Origin: an uncultured Isosphaeraceae bacterium | Lineage (GTDB): Bacteria; Planctomycetota; Planctomycetia; Isosphaerales; Isosphaeraceae | NCBI GenBank assembly: GCA_963779675.1 | Contig: CAVZZM010000003.1 | Span: 1-64,000, forward strand | DNA: 64,000 nucleotides | Direction of reading: 5' to 3' | Shown here: positions 55,968-64,000 of the stretch, piece after piece | Position numbering within the stretch: the first letter of the stretch is position 1 | Layout: the number at the start of each line of letters is the position of its first letter | The notes under the pieces: generated by a model | Seen by the model: only the letters and a program-made list of their open reading frames with translations | What the model was told of the DNA's origin: nothing | The model's database searches: none | Translations under genes and position numbers: made by a program

Positions 55968-58604
55968 ATGCTCCAGCCCAGGGACAGCCGGTTCTGGAGG
56001 GCCACTCTCCAGACCGGACTGATCGAGGAAGCGCGTCTACGGGCTTACTGGGAAGAGATCCCTCCCGAGAAGCGCACCGCGGACGGTATCGACCGTCGGC
56101 TGGCCCGTCGCGTGGTGGATGCGGGGCTGCTCACGCTCTGGCAGGCCCAGCAGCTTCTGGCGGGAGTGCGCCGCAGGGGCTCCGGTACAACAAGTACGTG
56201 ATCGAGAACATCCTCGGCCAGGGGGGGATGGGCCGCGTCTATCTCGCCCACGACCACAAGCTCGACCGCCAGGTGGCCCTGAAGGTGCTGTCCCGGGAGC
56301 GGATGAACAACCCGAGGGCGCTGGCTCGATTCCGTCGCGAGGCGCGGGTCGGCGCCCAGCTCCAGCACGACAACCTGGTACGGATTTACGATGCCGGCGA
56401 GGAAGAGGGGCACCTGTTCCTCGTCATGGAGTTCATTGAGGGGAAGAATGTCGGCAAGCTGATCGCCGAGCGTGGGCCGTTGCAGGCCCCCGTGGCGGTG
56501 CGGGTCGCGCGACAGGTCGCGCTCGGTCTGGAGCACGCCCGGCTCAAGGGGCTGATCCACCGCGACGTTAACCCGATGAACATCCTGCTGGACCGCGACG
56601 GCACCGCCAAGCTGACCGACCTGGGGCTGGCCATCGCCCTGGAGGAGCACGGCGAGGCCGTGACCCGCGACGGCGCCACGGTGGGCACCTTCGACTATAT
56701 CTCCCCCGAACAGGCCCGGCACTCCCGCTCGATCGACATCCGCAGCGACATCTACTCGCTGGGCTGTTCGCTTTACCAGATGCTCACCGGCCGTGTCCCG
56801 TTTCCGCAGCCCAGCCTGCCCGAGAAGCTGTATCTGCACCAGATGGTCGATCCCGAGCCTCTGGAATCGTTGATCGCCGAGGTTCCCGCGGGGCTCTCGG
56901 CGATCGTCCGCAAGATGATGGCAAAACTCCCCGAGGATCGCTACACGACCCCTCTGGAGGTCGCCCGCGCCCTGGAACCGTACCAGAGCGGGCCGCTCCC
57001 CCTGGAGGAGATCGAGTCGTCGCCGGAGGTGCCGATCCTGATCGAGCCGGGCGAGCCCTCCACGAGTGACCCCGATCACGCGGACGTCTCAACCGCAACG
57101 CACGTCGGAAGGGACCGAACCACTTCCTACGACGGGCAGGGACAGGAACCACCGTTCTCCGGTTCGGACACGACCCGGGAGCCCGCCGAGCCCGAACCGG
57201 TCGGCGCGATGGCCATCGCGAGAGCGGGCACGACCTCGGGCGGGGCCGGTTCGCCCGGGCCCGAGCTGTTCCCGATCATCGATACCGGTCCCGACCCGCT
57301 CCTTTCGGACAAGGGCACGGGCGCCCGCCGAGCCCGGCCCCAGCCGTTGGAGGATACGACGGACGGCGCGCGCCGATCGATCCCGAGCCTCGGGGTGATC
57401 GCCGGGGCCCTGGGGGTTTTGACCCTGCTCGGTGGGATCGTCTGGTTCCAGCGCCGCGGGAGCGAGCCGCCCGGCCCCGGGCCGGAGAACCCCCCCGGGG
57501 CGCCGGCCACCCCGAGCACGGACGCGGGGACAGGGGTGGTGAAGCCGCCCTCCCCGGGGCTCCACGACGTGGTGGTCCGCTGGCTCGACGACGGCACGGA
57601 GGAACAGGCCCGCGACCTTGGCGACGCGGTCAACCGGGCGGTCAACAAGAACGCCGCGGTCATCCTCCGCAATATCGAGCCCCTGGTTCTGGCCCCCGGT
57701 CTGTCCATCGCGGTGAATGGCTCGCTGCGAATCCAGGCCGGCGAGGGCATTCGCCCTGTTCTGGCGATCGCGCGAGGGCGGACCACGCCCCTGTTCCAGA
57801 TCAACCCGAGCGGTCTGGCCAGTCTCAGCGGATTGACGTTCCGCATCGACACGGCCGACGACACCAAGGTCGCGAAGGGCCTGATCGCGGTCCACGGGGA
57901 ACTCACCCTGGAACGTTGCCGCCTGACGATCGCCGGGACGAACCGCACTCCGGCCGCCGTGTGGACCGATGGGCCGTACTCGACAATCTCGTCCTGCCAC
58001 TTCTCGCGGGTTCGACAATCCGGTGATTGTCGAAGCCGTCGCCGGGAGCCGGCACCGCATCGAGAACTGCCTGATCGTTCGCGACCGTCCCGCCGACATG
58101 CCACCCGAACAGGGCTGGGCGATCGAGGTCGCTCAGAGCCCGCTCGCTCGTGTAACGAAGCCCCGCGCGATCGGCGTCGACCGCTGCACTGTCGTCGGGC
58201 TCGGCCTGATGGCCCTGGACGGCTTCGACGCCGAGGAGGCCGTCCAGGTCGAGGTGGTCGACACCGCCGTTCAGGCTGGTGCCCTGCTGAGATGGTCCAG
58301 TTCAGCGCCCTTCCCGACCGGTCTTCACTGGCGGGGCCAGGACAATGCCTACGCCATCGCGACCCGAGGGCCCTGGGTCGTGCCGGGGGCGGAGACGCCG
58401 GCCGAGGCGGTGGCGGCCGCCCCCGTTGACCTCCCGTCCTGGATCAAGGCGGTTGACTCCGACGAGGTCGGCACCGGCGCCGAGGCCCTGCGGTTCGTCT
58501 CGCCCGGGTCGGTCTCGCCGGAAGTCCGCTCACCGTCCGACTATGTCCTCGTCGGTGACCGCGCTCGCCAGGTGGGAGTCGACCCCATGACGGTCGGTCC
58601 CTGA
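55968..58604 (+). CDS. Membrane Ser/Thr protein kinase with a large C-terminal extracytoplasmic domain. Frameshifts near 56200 and 58020
   Basis: ILGQGGMGRVYLAH; ALKVL; HRDVNPMNILL; DLGLA; GTFDYISPEQ; TM segment IPSLGVIAGALGVLTLLGGIVWF. Confidence 0.75.
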
Positions 58605-58669
58605 CCGGATGCGAACAACGCGGGGCTCGACGCGAATCGTTCGCCCGGTCCCGATCCGCCCCGACCGCT

Positions 58670-59059
58670 TTACTCGTCGCCAGAGAGCAGGTGCCGGCTA
58701 GAGTGGTAGATCCGCTTGCGGCGAGTCTGCGAGACGGGCACGCTCTGATCGGTCTGGCTCCGAAGATCCGTCAGGTTGGCCTGGCAGAACGGGCAGCCCA
58801 CAATGTCGATGTGGAACGTGATGTACTCGGCATACTCGGGGTCGAGCACGTCGAGCAGGTAGCTGCCGAGTTGCTGGCGATCGGGACAGGTGAGGCGGCT
58901 TCGCCGCCAGATCGCGCCCAGCGAGTGAAGGCCGGTCACGTCGCGGTCGGCCCGGACGTCCTCGAGCAGGGCACGCAACTCGGCCGACTCGCGCAGGGCC
59001 TTCTCGACCCGGGCCATCTCCGACGGGGCCAGGGCCTCGGACAGGTAATCCTGGAGCAT
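58670..59059 (-). CDS. Zinc-binding anti-sigma factor (ChrR/RsrA-like)
   Basis: HxxxC...CxxC-like motif in ITFHIDIVGCPFCQANL. It lies immediately downstream of the ECF sigma gene. Confidence 0.55.
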   Translation of the reverse strand: MLQDYLSEALAPSEMARVEKALRESAELRALLEDVRADRDVTGLHSLGAIWRRSRLTCPDRQQLGSYLLDVLDPEYAEYITFHIDIVGCPFCQANLTDLRSQTDQSVPVSQTRRKRIYHSSRHLLSGDE

Positions 59060-59112
59060 GGCCGCGTCGATCGGGTGGGACGGTCGTGTGTCCACGGCAT
59101 TGCCCCCGCGGG

Positions 59113-59734
59113 TCAGAAGGTTTCGAGGCTCAGGCCGCCCCGCCGGGCGAACTCCTTGAGCCGCGCGACGGTCTGGAACTTGTAGCTGGCGACCGCCTGC
59201 TCGGTCAGGCTGAGGTATTTCGCCACGTCCTTGTTCGGCCAGCCCTTGACGATCAGCAGCTCCAGGCAGCAAAGCCGGTTGTAGTCGCCCTTGGCAATCC
59301 AGTCGTCGATGAGTGTCCGCAGCGCCTCGGTCATCAGCCGCTCCTCGGCCAGGCGGCGCTCGTCGCTGCGGGCGATGCTGGAGGCGGCGCGTGCCTCGCC
59401 GGGGACCTCGTCGAGTGGGCGGCCGTGGTCGTCGGAGCCGAACTGGTCGATCGGTCGACGGCCCTGCTTGCGGAGGTGGTCGGTCAGCTTGTGGGCGGCG
59501 ATCGAGAACAGGTAGGCTTCGAGGTCACGCCCTTCGTCGTAGTGGGGCAGGCTGGTCAGGAAGCCGACGAAGGTCTCCTGGACCGTGTCCTCGCTGGCGG
59601 CGCGGTCGTGGAGCCGGCTATCGACGAAGGCCAGCAGCCGGCCCTCGTACGCGCTCGATCAACTGCTGCCATGCCTGATCGTTTCCCTGGCGGACCTGGC
59701 GGATGAGCAGCCTGTCGGCATCGTTCGTCGGCAT
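59113..59734 (-). CDS. ECF (sigma-70 family) RNA polymerase sigma factor, with one frameshift near 59650
   Basis: Region 2 (LIERYEGRLLAFV, TVQETFVGF) and region 4 (CLELLIVKGWPNKDVAKYLSLTEQAVASYKFQTVARLKE). Confidence 0.7.
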
Positions 59735-59897
59735 CGGTCCGTAGGGTTCCAGGGCAAGTGGTGTCGAATCCGGTCACATATCGTCCCGTTCAGTTTAACC
59801 CTTCCACTACCCCCCGGCCAATGCCTCCTCGTCGCGAGTCATCATCCCGGCGACGGCCAGGGCGCCCGGCTCCGCCTTGGCTGCCCCTCGTCCGGCC

Positions 59898-60308
59898 TCA
59901 GAACCAGTCGCGAGCCGAACCGACCGGCTCGGGCTTGCGGTCGGACGACCAGTGGGCCCGTCGGAACGACCAGAACGCCACGACGCCGACCGGCGGCAGC
60001 ACGATTAGCAAGATCGCCCAGATCAACTTGTCGTTGCGACCGTTGAAGGCGTCGTCCGGCTGGCGCATCAGGAACGCGAACTCGGCGATCCACGCCACGG
60101 CGAACGCCACGACAAGGCCAATGAACAGGACCGCCGGGACCAGTTCGACCTCGAAAAGGCCGATAATCGATGCCGCCAGGATCGCCATCCCCAGAACGCC
60201 GAGCACTGGCCCCTCGGTGCTGCCCAGCCAGTTCGCGAGGCGATGCCGCAACGTGGCGGAGATGGCCAGGAGGATCAGGAACGCGGCGATCAGTACAAAC
60301 GCGGTCAT
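59898..60308 (-). CDS. Small integral membrane protein (four predicted TM helices)
   Basis: Hydrophobic ORF of 136 aa. Confidence 0.45.
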   Translation of the reverse strand: MTAFVLIAAFLILLAISATLRHRLANWLGSTEGPVLGVLGMAILAASIIGLFEVELVPAVLFIGLVVAFAVAWIAEFAFLMRQPDDAFNGRNDKLIWAILLIVLPPVGVVAFWSFRRAHWSSDRKPEPVGSARDWF

Positions 60309-60389
60309 CGTCTCAGGCTCCTCGGGGCTCGATCCACCGTCGCGACGAGGTTGGGGGGCTCGCGGAAGGTCGAAATCGGGCTCGTTCGA

Positions 60390-61013
60390 TCACGCCAACG
60401 TGAAGACGAGGGCGGCCCCCACCGCGGCGACGGCCGCCACGGCGGACACGCGAAGGGTGTTCGTGTAGTAGCCTCGGGTGGCCTCGTCCGCATGGATGTA
60501 GCCGGCCACGGCGGCCAGACAGGTCAGGACGAACGCCAGCACCCCCGCCAGCCGGGCGAGTCGATGGCCGGCAAGGTCGCGCTCGTAGGCCTCGAGCAAC
60601 CGATCGCGGTTGGTGGTCGAGGTATCGAGCGTCAGGGGCTGGATGTAGATCGTCCCATAATCCTTCTCGACCACCTCGATCGGCCCCGCGTGGACCATCG
60701 CGCGGAGCAGTTCATCCTTCGGCGACCAGTGCGACGGCACGCCGGCCGGCGCGAGCCAGTCACGCACCACGGATCGGAGCGCCTGCCAGGCATCCTCGCG
60801 GGCCCGCTCCGGGGTGGCCGACGGGAGGTTGCGGACGATGCGGCCGGACGCTGTCGGGGAGGCGCCGTCGGACACCAGCCTCAACGCCTCGCCGTGGGCA
60901 CGTCCGGCCCGCGGACCGATCGCCACCGGCGGCTTGCACGCACCCGACATCGAGCCGATCGCGTGGAACGCCGAGGGAATCAGGATCAGGGTCAGCAGGA
61001 CCAGGCGCTTCAT
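60390..61013 (-). CDS. Hypothetical protein with an N-terminal signal peptide and a C-terminal TM segment
   Basis: MKRLVLLTLILIPSAFHA ... a C-terminal hydrophobic stretch. Confidence 0.4.
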   Translation of the reverse strand: MKRLVLLTLILIPSAFHAIGSMSGACKPPVAIGPRAGRAHGEALRLVSDGASPTASGRIVRNLPSATPERAREDAWQALRSVVRDWLAPAGVPSHWSPKDELLRAMVHAGPIEVVEKDYGTIYIQPLTLDTSTTNRDRLLEAYERDLAGHRLARLAGVLAFVLTCLAAVAGYIHADEATRGYYTNTLRVSAVAAVAAVGAALVFTLA

Positions 61014-61168
61014 CTCTCCGAATCCTTGCGAGTTGCACCGGCCTGGCCACTTGAGGGCGGCCGGACGAGCCGGTTGTTCGAAGGTGTATTCGTTCCCGAG
61101 AACGCGGGATTGGGCCAGAACGCCCCGAAACTGAAGGGTTTTCGCCGGGCCACCCCGACCGGCTCAGT

Positions 61169-63138
61169 TCAGGCAGCCTTCGTCCGCCGGCCGCGACGGC
61201 CGCACGACGGTTGGCGAAGGCATGTTCCGCCGCCTCGCGGCTGCCAGGGACTCACGACCTGGACCAGCACGGCGATCAGCACGAACAGCATCAAGCCCCA
61301 GGGTTGCGGCGAGGGCCAGAACGTCCCGAGCAACGCCGCCAGCAGTCCGGTCTTGATCACCGGCACAAAACGGAACCGAGACCACCGGTCACGGCTCGTC
61401 ATGGAACGCCAGGGCAGGATCGCGAACAGGATCGCCACATACGACGCGTAGCCGAGACCGCCGAGCATCGGGGAACCGCCGATCGTTTCGGTCCAGGAGA
61501 CCAGCGCCGGGTTGAGGCCCTGCGCCTGCCACACCGGCGCCGGGGTCAGCCGGGACCAGGTCGCCAGCGCGACGCTGCCCGCCCCCAGGCCGAGGCCGAC
61601 GAGCAGCATCATCAGCCGTTGGACCGGCCAGGAAACCGTTTGTCGCTCCCAGAGCTTCTGCGGCATCAGGACCGCCCAGCTTCCCAGCAAGACCATTGTG
61701 AACAGGAACGCGAGCTGGAGCGGATCTTGCGGCAGTCGGATTCCCAGCGGTTCGTACAACGCCAGGCAGATCGAGGACGCGACCGCCGCCAGGGCGCGGT
61801 CCAGAGCATCGACGCGGCCAGTTCCGCCACGCGGACCCGACCGCTCGGTAGCGGCGGTGGATCGGGAATGGTCCGGGCCGAGACGACCGGCTCGATTCGT
61901 TGGGGCGCCGGGGTGGGCCTTCGATTTGGCCCTGGCGTTGGCCTCGCGACGGCGGCGGCCGGTTGGGCCGCCTGCCCGCGGCCCCAGAGCCGTACGTGAA
62001 TGCTCGTCTGTCGAACCTGGGCCTGATTGTGGCCGCGCTCACGGCGGGGGTGGGGCATCGTATCGGGGCCGATGTAGAAGACCGACTCCTCCGGGCCGAT
62101 GATCAGTACGTCGTCCCTGGGCTCGACGCGGGTGGGGACCGTCGAAGGTTCCGGCAGCGAGCCGTCCTTGTCGATGATCCGGATGTCGGGCGCTGGCGGG
62201 GCGTCCTCCGTCGGCAGCAGGTCGATCGACCCGAGACGGCCGGTGGGCCGGGTCCTTCGCCAGTGCTCGTCGCACGATCGAGCGGAACGGTTCAGCCAGC
62301 GACGAGAGGTCGGGCTGGGCCGTCAGGTGCTTCATCAGCACCTCGGCGGTGGATTCCCCCTCGAACGGCACCCGGCCGGTGATCATCTCGTAGAGGATGA
62401 CCCCCATCGCGTAGATGTCGATCGGCTTGTGGTACTTACCGGAGGAGATCTCCGGCGCCATGTAGTAGCAGGTGCCGACGTTCTCGGACATCCCGGCGTC
62501 GTGGCTATGGTCGAGCGACTTGGAGAGCCCGTAATCGCCGATCTTGACGACCCCGTTCTCGAGGAACAGGTTGGCCGGCTTCAGGTCTCGGTGGACGATG
62601 CCGTGGTCGTGCAGGTAGGCGACGCCTTCGACCAGCCCCTGAGCCAGCGTCGCACCTCGTGCGGCGGCAGGCCCTCGGGGTGCTCGGCCAGGATGCTGCG
62701 ACAGGCTCTGGCCCGGCGACGTACTCCATGACGACGAAGGTGTCGCCCCTCGTCGTTGGTCCGGAGGTCGAAGATGGTGATCAGGTGCTGGCTCTTGAGG
62801 TTCATGCAGTGCGTGACGCCGCGCCGCTCGATCTCGATGTTACGGGTCAGCAGCTTCAGCGCGACTTCCTTGCCGGCGTCGGAGGTGGCGTAATACACCT
62901 CGCCGAAGCCGCCGCGGCCGATGGCTCGCTTGATCGTGTAGCCGTCCAGGGGACGGGAACCACTGGTGAAGGTGAATCGCTGCGGCCCCCGGGTCGCGGG
63001 CTTGGGCATGGGGTGGTTCTCCGCGGGGGCGGGCTCGGGCGCGTCGTAATCCCTCGCCGACGACGGCTTGTTCTGGGCAACGTAGGCGATCGTCTCGTCC
63101 AATAGCCCACCCGGCAGGTCTCGGCGTGTCGCGTTCAT
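61169..63138 (-). CDS. Ser/Thr protein kinase with a C-terminal polytopic membrane domain, frameshifted
   Basis: IGRGGFGEVYYA; ALKLL; HRDLKP (in the other frame); CYYMAPE...YAMGVILYEM. The hydrophobic ORF at 61169-61759 is downstream in another frame. Confidence 0.65.
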
Positions 63139-63237
63139 CGGGATCAGAACTCCGTCAGCGACTCACTTCGCGACCCCGACGGGGGTCATTGGGCGTTCGC
63201 GTGCCGCCAGGGAATATTGGCGGAAACCCCGCCGTCG

Positions 63238-63830
63238 GTCAGACCTGCGAGGAGCGGGTCGTCAGAGGTTCCAGGCTGAACGAGAACCCCTCGCTCAGCA
63301 CGCTCGAGGAGAGGGTCAGCGGGGCACGCCGGGTGCAGGGGCGGCCATCCACCTCGAACTCACCCGAGGACTTGCACCACAGGGCGTTGCCTTGCCGGTA
63401 CAGAACGACCGGTGCCTCCAGCGACGGCGCGAGGACGTGCGGCCTGGTTCGAGGGGCCGACGATACAGGTTTCTCCCATCAGGACCACGCCGTCGACGGC
63501 CAGGGGCAAACGGTGCCGGCTGACGATCTCGAGCCGCGCCGTCGAACTCATCGGGTTCGGCTGGCGGAATTCCAGTTCGACGCTGGAGCCGAGCCGGACC
63601 ACGTCGCCGTGCCGCAACGGGGAGGCCTCCGAGACTTTCCGGCCGTTGACGAACGTGGCATGATGGGCCCGGATCACGTAGCCGTCGCCGCTGCGGACGA
63701 TCGTGGCATGGCGTCGGGAGAGGTCGCCCAGCAGAGGGACGTCGGCGTGGCCGTCCGGCGCGGCGCGGCCGATCACCACCTCGTCGTCCAAACACATAAG
63801 ATACCCGCCCACGGCATCAGCCCAAAGCAA
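63238..63830 (-). CDS. FHA-domain protein, frameshifted near 63365
   Basis: VVIGRAAPDGHADVPLLGDLSRRHATIVRSGDGYVIRAHHATFVNGRKV...GDVVRLG. Confidence 0.65.
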
Positions 63831-64000
63831 AAACCGGCCCGACGGTCCCGGGTTCTCGGTTCGCTGCCGCGACGGCTCGCGACGAACGTCGGCGCCGACC
63901 TTGCACCGTGGCCTCCCGACAGCGGCCGTTGAGACAGGGGCGGAGGTAGCACCTCGGGGCTCCAGTTCGAACCGGGCCAGGACGATCGGGTCGGTTCGAT

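Overview
This is a 64 kb window of high-GC (roughly 68-70%) bacterial chromosome. Its gene content suggests a Planctomycetota-like genome (inference): giant frameshift-riddled cell-surface proteins carrying SdrD-B-like, VWA, cadherin, PKD, RTX and dockerin-like modules; two PEP-CTERM proteins; many Ser/Thr kinases with FHA and ECF sigma/anti-sigma neighbours; and secreted hydrolases. The most interesting structure is a heavy-metal P1B-type ATPase followed by three SPFH (HflK/HflC-like) genes, two with poly-His N-termini, with a VapBC toxin-antitoxin pair in the middle and apparent in-frame continuity between neighbouring ORFs. Other notable features are: a truncated tRNA-Leu(CAG) 3' fragment with a terminator, which looks like an integration-site remnant next to the adhesin/RTX region; a bifunctional CE15 glucuronoyl-esterase/GH10 xylanase with a fragment of the neighbouring aldehyde dehydrogenase just downstream; an XPB/ERCC3-like helicase and its large partner gene bracketed by copies of a dispersed intergenic repeat family (ATGACCG-heptad motif) and by Ser/Thr kinase genes; a 132-bp composite palindrome with MITE-like terminal inverted repeats; inverted copies of a REP-like hairpin flanking a 5.5 kb lipase-PKD-RTX gene; and a compact three-way-junction RNA candidate. 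Nearly every long gene, including essential metG and argS, needs one or more frameshifts to be read through. This most likely reflects indel errors in the assembly, so all boundaries and pseudogene calls are provisional. No rRNA, intact tRNA or CRISPR array was found.
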